This document shows, piece after piece, positions 16,720 through 27,116 of a stretch of 32,158 bases of DNA. Under the pieces are notes generated by a model. The model searched no databases and was not told where the DNA came from. It saw nothing but the letters and a program-made list of their open reading frames with translations. Numbering within the stretch: the first letter of the stretch is position 1; every line of letters begins with the position of its first letter. The translations under genes were made by a program, and so were the position numbers. The stretch lies in contig JAWXCN010000128.1 of NCBI GenBank assembly GCA_034408725.1, positions 1 to 32,158 on the forward strand, written 5' to 3'. The DNA is from Candidatus Hydrogenedentota bacterium (lineage in GTDB: Bacteria; Hydrogenedentota; Hydrogenedentia; Hydrogenedentales; SLHB01).

Positions 16720-17922
16720 GTGAAACATTGGTTAACAGTAGGAATCGGGTTGGCGGTATTTTGCGCGACTGCGCAGGCGATTGATCCCGCGCAGTTGAAG
16801 AAACACACCATTGATGACGGGTTTGAAAACGGGTATCAGGTGAGCGTTGTGGACATTGACAAGGACGGAAAGCCCGACGTGATCGCGCTTGCTACCTCCC
16901 CGTCGAAGCTGGTGTGGTACAGAAACCCGGACTGGAAGCAGTTCACGATCACGACGAAGACGCGACGCAATATCGACGTTGCGCCATACGATATTGACGG
17001 CGACGGGGACCAAGACTTCGCGCTTGCGAGTGGATTCAGTTTGGATGCGTCGAATAGCGAAGGCCATGTGGATTGGCTGGAATGCCCCGCGAATCCCGCG
17101 GAAGAACAGGAATGGGCGGCGCATCGCATTGATGCGGTTCCGACTTCGCATCGCGTGCGCTGGGCCGACGTTGATGGTGATGGAAGAAAGGAATTACTGA
17201 ACCTTCCCATTGTCGGCACGGCGGCGAAATTGCCGGGTTATGAAGGACGTCTGGATTTTTGGTCGTATACGATCCCTTCGAATCCGTTGACGGGGAAGTG
17301 GAAGGGGGTCGTGCTATCGGATTCGCTGGAGCTTGCCCACGCGCTTGCCGTAGTGGACTGGACACCGGGCGGGGCGCAAGAGGTGTTGACGGCGAGTGGC
17401 GCGGGTGTAATGCTGCTCGAGCCGCGAATCAAGGATGGAAAGAACGCGGAAAGAATTATCGGGACAGGTCACGAGGGCGCGCCCGCGAAACGGGGATCGA
17501 GCGAGGTGGCGCTGGGTGCGTTGGCGTCGCAGGAATCCCGGTATGTCGCCGCCATCGAGCCGTGGCATGGGAACGAGGTTGTCGTTTACGAGAGTGAAGA
17601 ACCTAATTCCCTGCCGTGGACGCGCACGGTCGTTGATTCATCGTTGACCGATGGGCACGCGCTGTTGTGCGTTGATCTCGACAAGGATGGAAACGATGAG
17701 ATTGTTGCGGGGTATCGGGGTGGCGACCGCAGCATTCGCGTGTACCAATTCGCGGCCGAAAGCGCGGAGTGGGAGATAGCGGTGCTCGACCCAAGTGGCA
17801 TTGGCGCTGCGGGGTTGTTTGCGGCGGATATTAACAGCGATGGATATGTTGACATTGTCGCCATTGGAACGGCAACGAACAATGTGGTCTGGTACGAAAA
17901 TCTATATGGCCGCGAAGATTAG
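16720..17922 (+). CDS. Secreted FG-GAP/VCBS beta-propeller protein, aldos-2-ulose-dehydratase-like
   Basis: GTG start, signal peptide ending AQA-I. Repeated DIDxDG motifs. His motifs SHRVRW, AHAL, IEPWHGNEVVVY, GHAL. Confidence 0.8.
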   Translation: MKHWLTVGIGLAVFCATAQAIDPAQLKKHTIDDGFENGYQVSVVDIDKDGKPDVIALATSPSKLVWYRNPDWKQFTITTKTRRNIDVAPYDIDGDGDQDFALASGFSLDASNSEGHVDWLECPANPAEEQEWAAHRIDAVPTSHRVRWADVDGDGRKELLNLPIVGTAAKLPGYEGRLDFWSYTIPSNPLTGKWKGVVLSDSLELAHALAVVDWTPGGAQEVLTASGAGVMLLEPRIKDGKNAERIIGTGHEGAPAKRGSSEVALGALASQESRYVAAIEPWHGNEVVVYESEEPNSLPWTRTVVDSSLTDGHALLCVDLDKDGNDEIVAGYRGGDRSIRVYQFAAESAEWEIAVLDPSGIGAAGLFAADINSDGYVDIVAIGTATNNVVWYENLYGRED

Positions 17923-18595
17923 TCGCGCGATTCATTGTCGATATCCCATACGCGCACATTGATCCCGCGCGCGCGAAGGATCGGCGCAGCCATCTTCTGT
18001 AACTCGACGACGATGCGCACTTTCTCGTGATAGGGCAGAGCGGCCAGTTCGCGCCGGCGCTTTTCCTTCGCCTCGAAGAGCTTCGTGACTTCAGGGTGTA
18101 GCGGTTCCATTCAAGCCACCGTTCTGTCAACCTGTGTTTGCTCAATAATTTTTTAAGTATGTCCTTATCCAAAACATTTTGAGACTTTACTTCACGGACA
18201 CGTTGCCTATCTTTTTCGCGGCCAGTTTGCACAGAGATCGCGACCAGGTGTTCCGGGCCAAACACACGGGTCGGAACGTCCTTATACTTGACGCTACGCG
18301 CCTCCGCTAACGCTTCTTCGATGAGCGCGTTATACGGCGGCAGAAATTGAACGGGTATATCTTCGATAACGACAAACTCGTCTTCTGGCTTGTAACCGCG
18401 GGCAAGAAGAGCATCGTAGAGACCGGAAAGAGAAATAATATCGGCTGACGGCACAGGCAATGCCACGAATACGCCGAGATCATAGGTCAAAACGGGTTCA
18501 ATGTAGAACGTCGCTGCCATTGCGCCACCGATGGCATACCTTCCAATGATTCCGTTTTGCTCCAACTCATTTAATACGCAGAGTGCTTTATCCAT
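17831..18595 (-). CDS. Nucleotidyltransferase-fold protein (possibly degenerate, with probable C-terminal read-through)
   Basis: Likely start ATG 18595 (MDKALCVLNEL). YAIGGAMAA...T-YDLG (DxD expected) and GREKD are Pol-beta-like NTase motifs. The coherent core ends near 18104 but the frame stays open to 17831. Confidence 0.65.
   Translation of the reverse strand: MDKALCVLNELEQNGIIGRYAIGGAMAATFYIEPVLTYDLGVFVALPVPSADIISLSGLYDALLARGYKPEDEFVVIEDIPVQFLPPYNALIEEALAEARSVKYKDVPTRVFGPEHLVAISVQTGREKDRQRVREVKSQNVLDKDILKKLLSKHRLTERWLEWNRYTLKSRSSSRRRKSAGANWPLCPITRKCASSSSYRRWLRRSFARAGSMCAYGISTMNRATNLRGHIDFRTRPHCSLPFQWRQCQHIHRC
17919..18110 (-). CDS. 63-aa small protein, putative partner of the upstream nucleotidyltransferase-like gene
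   Basis: Compact charged helical ORF (LFEAKEKRRRELAALPYHEKVRIVVELQKM). Its ATG lies exactly where the NTase core ends; its stop overlaps the convergent gene's stop. Confidence 0.7.
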   Translation of the reverse strand: MEPLHPEVTKLFEAKEKRRRELAALPYHEKVRIVVELQKMAAPILRARGINVRVWDIDNESRD

Positions 18596-18656
18596 ACTGT
18601 TAATCAGGGTGTCACTCGTCACGTTCTGCTGGCAATGTTGAGTCAAGCCGGTGAAT

Positions 18657-20585
18657 TCAATTCGTTAATCCTAATCCCGACACCGTCGGATTCAGCCGCG
18701 CTTCGGCGTCGATTAGGAACGAGCCGCGCGAGACGATGCGTTCGCCAAGCGTGAGACCATCGAGCACGGGGTAGTACGTTCCGGAACGCGGGCCGAGTGT
18801 CACGGAATGCGCGTCGAAAAGGCCTGGCGATGTCTCGACGTAGATCATGCGGTGGTTGCCGGTGTCGATGATGGCGCTTTCGGGCACGGACAAGACGCGT
18901 TCGATGCGCCATTCGGACATCTGCATGCCGCAGCCACACTCCTCGCAAATCCCGCCGGTGTCGCTGAGGGTGTCGAGGTGCATCGGGCAGGTGAATCCTT
19001 GAGCCCATAGATCGTACGATCCCGTTACCGCGTCGATCGCCCCGTTGAGCGACGGTTCGCTCTTTACGCGCTTCTCGAGATTCATGTTGCAGATTGGGCA
19101 TGTGCCTGGTTTGTCTGAAACGATCTCCGGGTCCATGGGGCACATGTAGTATTCGCTGCCATCGGGTAAAGACGCGAGGTAGGCAGCGGCGTCCCCGGTG
19201 GTTTGCGTTGGTAGCGCGGCGGGTGCAGCGGTGGGTTGATCCGGAGGTAGCGAGGCTTCGCCCTTGTGGCGTTCGACGAGCTTCATGTTGCAGACAGGAC
19301 AATCCTCGGCCTTGTCGGACATGACTTCGGGGTCCATCGGGCAGGTGTAGTACGTTGCGCCGTCCGGAAGGCCCGCGAGAAACTGCGCGGCATGTTGATG
19401 ATCCGTGGTGGGCAATTTTACTTTAGTGGCTGACGCGGATTTGGCCTCCTCGGCGATTTCCATTTCCTCGATAGAGCCGTAGCGCCCAATGGGTGATCGC
19501 ATGACGGCGTTAACATACATGCCAGGGCGCAGTTTGTCGTCCGCGTTTGCGATGGCGACGCGCACCTTGAGCGAACGGCTTTGGGGATCAACCTCGGGAA
19601 AGAAGAAATCGACCGTTCCATAGAAAATCTCGCCGGGCCACGCGACGCTGTTCACCTCGACCGGCATGCCCGCGTGAACCGCGCTGATGTCTGACTCGAT
19701 GACTTGCACCTGCACCCACAGCGTGGACAAATCCGCGATGCTGAAGAGGGAAGTACCCTCTTCGACTGTCTGGCCGCTTACAGCGTTCTTTTTCATGATG
19801 GTGCCGGTGACGGGCGAGTAGAGCGTGACGGAACTTGAGCCACCGCCGGACTCGGCGATTTCGCTGAGTTGCGCTTCGGTGAAGCCGCCGAGTGTGAGCC
19901 GCTTTTTTGCGGCGGCGACCAGATTCTTTGCGCGCTCCTGTTCGAGGTTATCTGCATCATGCGCGCGCCGCTGATTTTCGAGTGCTCGGACGTATTCCTG
20001 CGCGCCTTGAAGGAATTCTGGGCTGTAGATGCGCGCGAGCGGTTGGCCCTTCTTGATGGGCAGGCCGGTTGCATTCACCATCAATTCCTCGACGCGCCCG
20101 GGAAACTTTGCAATAACTTCGGCGACGCGGGTCTCAGCGGGTTCGACGACTCCGTATGAGCGGACGGTGCGCGACAGCATGCGATACAGAACCGGCTCGA
20201 CTTGCACGCCGGCTTGCATGATGCGTTCGGGCGAGACCTGCACGCGCGCAAACACGCCTTCGGGAATGGTTGTAGGCGCGCCGCGTTTGCGCTGGGTGAG
20301 GTCCATGCCGCAGACGGGGCATTTGCCTTGAGTGTCGCGCACGACGAACGGATGCATGCCGCAGTAATATTCGAATTCGCTTTTCGCGGCTGTTTCGTGA
20401 TCATGCGTATCGGTTGTTCGCGCTCGCTGCCAGCGTTCGTAATAGTTCTCGACGTGGTCCCAATATCCGACGACCAGCGCGGTGACCAATAGAATCGCGA
20501 CGAAGCGCAGCCGGATTTCGAGAAACCGGATGACAAATAATATGCGATTGAACACATTCTGTTTCTTTGCGACTTTGTCGCTCAT
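18657..20585 (-). CDS. cusB: CusB-type RND periplasmic adaptor with four heavy-metal-binding domains
   Basis: N-terminal TM helix. YYCGMHP..CPVCGMDL, YSPEF, SPVTG, LFSIADLSTLWV, LRPGMY. Extra YTCPMDP, YMCPMDP and FTCPMH domains. C-terminal GSFLIDAE. Confidence 0.85.
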   Translation of the reverse strand: MSDKVAKKQNVFNRILFVIRFLEIRLRFVAILLVTALVVGYWDHVENYYERWQRARTTDTHDHETAAKSEFEYYCGMHPFVVRDTQGKCPVCGMDLTQRKRGAPTTIPEGVFARVQVSPERIMQAGVQVEPVLYRMLSRTVRSYGVVEPAETRVAEVIAKFPGRVEELMVNATGLPIKKGQPLARIYSPEFLQGAQEYVRALENQRRAHDADNLEQERAKNLVAAAKKRLTLGGFTEAQLSEIAESGGGSSSVTLYSPVTGTIMKKNAVSGQTVEEGTSLFSIADLSTLWVQVQVIESDISAVHAGMPVEVNSVAWPGEIFYGTVDFFFPEVDPQSRSLKVRVAIANADDKLRPGMYVNAVMRSPIGRYGSIEEMEIAEEAKSASATKVKLPTTDHQHAAQFLAGLPDGATYYTCPMDPEVMSDKAEDCPVCNMKLVERHKGEASLPPDQPTAAPAALPTQTTGDAAAYLASLPDGSEYYMCPMDPEIVSDKPGTCPICNMNLEKRVKSEPSLNGAIDAVTGSYDLWAQGFTCPMHLDTLSDTGGICEECGCGMQMSEWRIERVLSVPESAIIDTGNHRMIYVETSPGLFDAHSVTLGPRSGTYYPVLDGLTLGERIVSRGSFLIDAEARLNPTVSGLGLTN

Positions 20586-23500
20586 GGCAAGACTCCTTGC
20601 GGCAAAGGCTCCGCCGCCGTCCGCCGCAATTTGTTCCAGCGGCGTTTTTCGACGTGATAGAAGAGGACGGGCAGAAAAATATCGATGACCTCATCGGCAA
20701 CGAGTAGGCCACCCAAGACGGGCGCGGCCATGGGCGCGATTACTTCCGAGCCGACGCCGCTCGACCAAAGCATGGGCGCGAGGCCGACAATCGCGGTGGC
20801 TTCGGTGAGTAGTTTCGGGCGCAGGCGATGAATTGCCCCGGCCATCACGGCTTCTTTTAATTTTTCCGCGGTGGGGATTGCGGCGAGGCCGCCGCGTTCG
20901 GCGATGGCATCACGCAAATAAACGAGCATGATGATTCCGGTTTCCGTGGCCATGCCGAAGCACGCGATGTATCCGACCCAGACGGCGACGCTGAAATTGT
21001 AACCAAAGAGCGTTTGAAACAACACGCCGCCGGCCAATGCGCCGGGGACTGCCATCATCATGAGCAGGGCATGCATGAGATCGTGGTAGGTCAGGTAGAG
21101 GATTACAAAAATGAGGAGCAGCACAGTCGGGAAAACGATGCGCAAGGTGCGGCGCGCGCGTTGCTGATGCTCGAACTGGCCCGTCCATTCGAGGTAGGCG
21201 CCCTCGGCCAATTCTATTTTGGCGGACACTGCGCGCTGCGCTTCCTCGACGAAGCCGATGATATCGCGGTCGCGCACGTTCAACTGAACATACGAGCGCA
21301 GCAACCCGTTTTCGCTTTTAATGACCACTGGGCCTTCGACGACTTGAATGTCCGCGACGTCCGACAGGCGAACGTGTGTTTGTTGCGCGTCGTCCAGCCC
21401 GGCGGTAACGAATATGTTTCGGATGGATTCCTCGTCCGCGCGGTAGTCTCGCGCATAGCGCAGGCGGACGGGAAAGCGTTCACGGCCTTCAACCGTGGTG
21501 GTGATGGCTTTCCCCCCAAGGGCCACTTCGACAATGTCCTGCACCGTGCCGACATTCACGCCGTAGCGCGCGGCCTTGTCGCGGTCCAAATGAATTTCAA
21601 TGTAGCCCTTGCCAACGGTTTGATCGGCGACGACATCGACTGCGCCTTCGATGCCGCGGAGCACCTGCGCGACTTTGTTGGAGGTGTCCTGAATTTCATT
21701 TTGCGTGCGGCCATAGACTTTTACGGCGAGTTGCGTGCGCACGCCGGTCGCGAGCATATCCACGCGGTTGATAATGGGTTGTGTCCAGATGTTGGCCCAG
21801 CCAATTTGCCTTACATGCCGGTCCATTTCCTGGACGAGATCCGCCTTTGATTTTGGCCAGAGGAAGATGCGGCCGCCGATTTCAGTGGCAAGCTGCGCTA
21901 GCTCGATGGAATCATCCTCGCGCCAGAGGTTCTGCATTTCCGCCTGATATTTGGCTTCGGCCAGGAGGGCGTCCGCGAGCGCGCGCATCGCCAGGTTAAA
22001 AACCGACTGGTTTGTTTCTCCGGCCCATTCGTTGGTTTCGTCATGCCGGAACGCGAGCAGGTCATCATAGGTTTGTTGATGAAAATCCTTGCGTGGCAAT
22101 CCAAGGATTTCTTCGGCGGCATCCGCGATCCGGCGAGGGGTGGTGTTGACTGGCGCCAGCAACACGGTGGCATCAACGGCGAGTAGTTCTTTTTCTTGCA
22201 TGCGCCGTAGTGTGTCGTGAATAGCGCGTTCGACATCAATCAGTTGCGGCGACTGCGTGAATGCGGCGCGATTGTGCAAGACGATTTCCTGGGTGATGGC
22301 CTTGCGTGTTTCAGCGTTGGGCGTGGTGTTCCATGCATTGTGCGAATCGGCTTGCTGGAATAGCCTGGTGGCGACGAACTGAACTGAGCGGTCCGCCAGC
22401 TCCTCGTGGAAGGTCAGAATGCGGTCCATGAGCAGCATGCGCATGCGCGCGTCGAATCGGTCCAACGCGCCGGTGGCGACGCTGTCAACGAAGGCCGCCC
22501 TTGCGCCTGTGTCGCTGAACTTCGAGAGCGCGCCGTTGCTTTCAAGCATGGACACGGCGTGTTCCGCCTCGGTAATGGCATCTTGGTGTTTTATTTTTCG
22601 TTTCAGCCAATGTTCACGGGGATGCAGGTTTACGACAGTTTCGATCATGTCCAATGGCGAGGGGTCAGTGGGTGTATCCGCGCGGCCGGCCTTGCCGACG
22701 ACCATTGCAACTTCCGGCACGGTGCGAATGAGGGCGTCGCGGGCTTTCATATCATCGGCGACTTGCGTGACGGACGCGCGGGGAACGGTCACCGGCATAT
22801 CGAGGATGCTGCCTTCATCAAGCGGGGGCATGAACTCCCGGCCAAGATGGCGCGCGGTGAAAAGGCCGAAAGCCAAAAGTAACACGAATAGCCAAATGAC
22901 GGTCTTCGGGCGTTCCATGAGGAAGCCCAGCACTGGCCGATACATCGCGATCACGCTGCGGACGATCCAGTTGTTTTCTTCCCGCGAAAGGCGTCCGCGC
23001 ACGAGCAGCGGGATGAGCGCGGGAACGAGCGTGATCGAAATCAGGGCGGTGCCAATGAGCGCGAAAGTTTTGGTGAACGCGAGTGGATGGAACAGTTTGC
23101 CTTCCTGCCCCGTCAATGCGAATACAGGAAGGAACGAAATGACCATGATGACGACCGAGAAGAATATCGGCCGGCCAACCTGCTGCATGGCGCCGGAGAC
23201 TATTTCGGTGGTGTCGCCGCGGATGGGTTTGTCGCCAAAATGTTGTGTCAGGCGATGCGTTGCGTTTTCAAGCATGACGATGGCTTGGTCAACAAGGATA
23301 CCGATGGAAATGGCGATGCCTGCAAGCGACATGATGTTCGACGAAATGCCGAACCAACGCATGAAGACGAAGGAGAAGAGTATCGAGAGGGGAAGCGTAA
23401 CGACCACGACAAAGACGCTGCGGACGTGCGTGAGGATAAGGAGTATTGCGATGGTTGCGATGATGAATTCGTGTTCGAGGATCGTGGTTACCGTATTGAT

Positions 23501-24490
23501 GGACCCTTCAATGAGCTGGGTACGATCATAGAAGGGGATGATCGTGACGCCTTCCGGCAGGCCAGGCTGAAGCTGTCGAATCTTGTCTTTGACTGCGCGG
23601 GTAACGCGGAGCGGGTTTTCGCCGTAACGCATCATGACGACGCCGCCGGTGACTTCCTTGCCGTCTTTTTCCAACACACTACGGCGGAATTCACTTCCGG
23701 TTTGAACGATCGCGACATCGCCAATGCGAATGGGCACGCCATTGCGCTCGGTGATGACGGTGTTTCGAATGTCGTCGAGGGATTGAATCCAGCCGATACT
23801 GCGGATGATGTATTCCGCGTTGCCTTTTTGCACGACGCCGCCGCCCACCGCGCTGTTGCTGTTTTCGAGCGCGGCGTAGAGTTGGCCGAGGCTGAGGTTG
23901 TACGCGCGCAGCCGTTCGGGGGTGACATCCACCTGATATTCGATTGGCATGCCGCCAACGCTGCTGACCTGGGCGACACCGGGGACCGAGTTTAACTGGT
24001 AGCGCACATACCAATCCTGGATGGCGCGCAGCGTGCCGAGGTCGTGGTTATCGCCTTCGACGGTGTACCAGAAGATTTGGCCGAGGGCGGTGGCGTCGGG
24101 CGCGAGATAAGGCGTGACGCCTTCAGGCAAGAACGTGCTTGCCAACGCCAGCCGTTCCAAAACGCGTGTGCGCGCGAAATAAAAATCGATAGAGTCGTCG
24201 AAGATGATACTTATCATCGAAAAATTGAATTCGGACGATGAACGAACGGTTTTGACTCCCGCGAGTCCTTGGAGATTAACGGAGAGGGGGTATGTAATCT
24301 GGTCTTCGATTTCGCGCGGGCTGCGTCCCATCCAATCCGTGAACACGATGACCTGGTTCTCGGATAGGTCGGGGATAGCGTCGATTGGCGTGTTGAAGAG
24401 CACCCAAATGCCGTAGCCCGTGAACAGGATATAGGCCATGATAACGATGGCCTTGTTGCGGCAGGAAAATTCTATGATGCGTTCAATCAA
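20582..24490 (-). CDS. cusA: CusA-type heavy-metal efflux RND permease (Cu+/Ag+), 1302 aa with a large insertion
   Basis: TTG start MIERII; DAIPDLSENQVIV, GILVD, RLRPKLLT. The three-Met site is retained (EFMPPLDEG, PLDMIET, RVDMLATG). ATGA overlap with cusB. Confidence 0.92.
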   Translation of the reverse strand: MIERIIEFSCRNKAIVIMAYILFTGYGIWVLFNTPIDAIPDLSENQVIVFTDWMGRSPREIEDQITYPLSVNLQGLAGVKTVRSSSEFNFSMISIIFDDSIDFYFARTRVLERLALASTFLPEGVTPYLAPDATALGQIFWYTVEGDNHDLGTLRAIQDWYVRYQLNSVPGVAQVSSVGGMPIEYQVDVTPERLRAYNLSLGQLYAALENSNSAVGGGVVQKGNAEYIIRSIGWIQSLDDIRNTVITERNGVPIRIGDVAIVQTGSEFRRSVLEKDGKEVTGGVVMMRYGENPLRVTRAVKDKIRQLQPGLPEGVTIIPFYDRTQLIEGSINTVTTILEHEFIIATIAILLILTHVRSVFVVVVTLPLSILFSFVFMRWFGISSNIMSLAGIAISIGILVDQAIVMLENATHRLTQHFGDKPIRGDTTEIVSGAMQQVGRPIFFSVVIMVISFLPVFALTGQEGKLFHPLAFTKTFALIGTALISITLVPALIPLLVRGRLSREENNWIVRSVIAMYRPVLGFLMERPKTVIWLFVLLLAFGLFTARHLGREFMPPLDEGSILDMPVTVPRASVTQVADDMKARDALIRTVPEVAMVVGKAGRADTPTDPSPLDMIETVVNLHPREHWLKRKIKHQDAITEAEHAVSMLESNGALSKFSDTGARAAFVDSVATGALDRFDARMRMLLMDRILTFHEELADRSVQFVATRLFQQADSHNAWNTTPNAETRKAITQEIVLHNRAAFTQSPQLIDVERAIHDTLRRMQEKELLAVDATVLLAPVNTTPRRIADAAEEILGLPRKDFHQQTYDDLLAFRHDETNEWAGETNQSVFNLAMRALADALLAEAKYQAEMQNLWREDDSIELAQLATEIGGRIFLWPKSKADLVQEMDRHVRQIGWANIWTQPIINRVDMLATGVRTQLAVKVYGRTQNEIQDTSNKVAQVLRGIEGAVDVVADQTVGKGYIEIHLDRDKAARYGVNVGTVQDIVEVALGGKAITTTVEGRERFPVRLRYARDYRADEESIRNIFVTAGLDDAQQTHVRLSDVADIQVVEGPVVIKSENGLLRSYVQLNVRDRDIIGFVEEAQRAVSAKIELAEGAYLEWTGQFEHQQRARRTLRIVFPTVLLLIFVILYLTYHDLMHALLMMMAVPGALAGGVLFQTLFGYNFSVAVWVGYIACFGMATETGIIMLVYLRDAIAERGGLAAIPTAEKLKEAVMAGAIHRLRPKLLTEATAIVGLAPMLWSSGVGSEVIAPMAAPVLGGLLVADEVIDIFLPVLFYHVEKRRWNKLRRTAAEPLPQGVLP

Positions 24491-24672
24491 CGCGGGTTGC
24501 TCCGGGATACGGGTTCTGATTACCGATCACTAAGGGAGAGCAAGCGGTATGCCTTTGATGCGACGCAGTATAAACCTTTCATTTGCGGAGATTTGCGGGA
24601 TTTGGAATGGGGGCTGCATCGTCAGAAACTGATTGGGGTGAAGGCAGAAGCTGGTGTGGGTTGGATGAGGTC

Positions 24673-24744
24673 GGGGACAGCCACCGGCAACCAAAACGCG
24701 TTGGCGGTGACAGTCCCCTGCGCGTTGCCGGTGACGGTTCCCTG
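24673..24744. repeat. REP-like imperfect palindrome plus a duplicated half-site
   Basis: GGGGACAGCCACCGGCAAC...GTTGGCGGTGACAGTCCCC (24673-24718), followed by CGCGTTGCCGGTGACGGTTCCCTG. Confidence 0.6.
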
Positions 24745-24746
24745 CG

Positions 24747-25790
<1,044 letters not shown>

Positions 25791-25890
25791 TTTCAATAGT
25801 TTCCTTTTATAGTATGAAACTCGCTGAAGCGAAATAGGTTCCGCGCGCGGGTATTTTCGCATTCACGAACCTCTGGGATAGAATCGGAAA

Positions 25891-26967
25891 ATGGTTGCTC
25901 CATACTCTTACCGCAAGATTCTGCGGGTGTTGCGCGACGGCTGTGTTATTCCGGCGCACCCATTGGCGTTGACATCCTCGGGCAAATTTGATGAACGGTA
26001 TCAGCGCGCGCTGACGCGGTACTACTGCGACGCGGGGGCCGGAGGTATCGCGGTGGGCGTGCATACCACGCAATTCGCCATTCGCGATCCCAAGCATGGC
26101 CTGTTGCGTCCTGTTCTTCAACTTGCCAGCGAGACGGCCGACCGGTACATGCGCACGGCGCGGCGTCCGGTGATCAAGGTCGGCGGCGTGTGCGGCAAGA
26201 CGCGACAGGCGGTGCGGGAGGCGGGGCAACTGAAGGAACTGGGGTACGACATTGGGTTGTTGAGCCTTTCGGCGCTGGCGGCAGAGAACGTGCCGCAATT
26301 GATTGCGCACTGCAAGGAAGTCGCGACAGTCATTCCTTTGATGGGGTTCTATCTGCAACCGGCGGTGGGTGGCCGGCTGCTTCCGGTGGATTTCTGGCGG
26401 AGGTTCGCCGCAATTGAAAACGTTGTTGCGATCAAGGTTGCGCCGTTTAACCGGTATCAGACCTTTGACGTCATGCGCGGGGTGGCGGAGTCGGGCCGTG
26501 CGAAAGACATTGCGCTATATACCGGAAACGACGATAGCATTGTGATCGATCTGTTGACGGAATACGCGGTGCGGGCCGATAAGAAAACGGTCCGGCTGCG
26601 TTTCGCGGGCGGGCTGCTGGGGCATTGGGCGTGTTGGACGCGGATGGCGGTGAACCTGTTCACGGAATGCCAGATCGCGAGGCGCGCCATGTACGGCATT
26701 TCGCCGGCGTTATTCACCCGCTCGAACGAGGTCACTGATTGCAACGCCGCGTTTTTCGACGCCGCGAACGGATACGCGGGATGCATCGCCGGCATTCATG
26801 AGGTACTGGTGCGGCAGGGGCTGTTGCGCAGCCGAAGATGCCTCGATCCAAATGAAAAGTTGTCTCCAGGGCAAAAGGTGGAAATTGAACGGGTTTATCG
26901 CGCGTATCCTCATTTGAACGACGACGCGTTTGTCGCGACCAACCGGGAACGATGGTTGGCGCCATAG
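25891..26967 (+). CDS. Dihydrodipicolinate synthase-family (class I aldolase-like) protein
   Basis: VIPAHPLAL, GVHTTQF, GFYLQP, VAIKVAPFNRY (Schiff-base Lys), LYTGNDD. A divergent subfamily, not canonical DapA. Confidence 0.8.
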   Translation: MVAPYSYRKILRVLRDGCVIPAHPLALTSSGKFDERYQRALTRYYCDAGAGGIAVGVHTTQFAIRDPKHGLLRPVLQLASETADRYMRTARRPVIKVGGVCGKTRQAVREAGQLKELGYDIGLLSLSALAAENVPQLIAHCKEVATVIPLMGFYLQPAVGGRLLPVDFWRRFAAIENVVAIKVAPFNRYQTFDVMRGVAESGRAKDIALYTGNDDSIVIDLLTEYAVRADKKTVRLRFAGGLLGHWACWTRMAVNLFTECQIARRAMYGISPALFTRSNEVTDCNAAFFDAANGYAGCIAGIHEVLVRQGLLRSRRCLDPNEKLSPGQKVEIERVYRAYPHLNDDAFVATNRERWLAP

Positions 26968-27116
26968 GTTTTCGTACGCAGCGCCGCCATTTCCGAGGGA
27001 GAGTGCGCAAGTGACCAGTTACGGGGTAACATCGCATCTGTTCGACTCCCAGGAAAAACCAATGGCGGGTCAAAACCCGCCCTCCGTAAATGGGACAATA
27101 ACGAAGGAGAATTGCG

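Noticed and set aside
21014-23995. Long plus-strand ORFs (278, 370 and 302 aa) antisense to cusA
   Set aside because: Typical stop-poor antisense frames of a GC-rich gene; no motifs or RBS.
25891-26967. dapA assignment
   Set aside because: It lacks the canonical GTTGE motif (has GVHTTQF) and is longer than DapA; only the family-level call is supported.
27064-27081. Hairpin GGCGGGT-CAAA-ACCCGCC as a terminator or ncRNA
   Set aside because: Short, no U-tract on either strand, and no other support.
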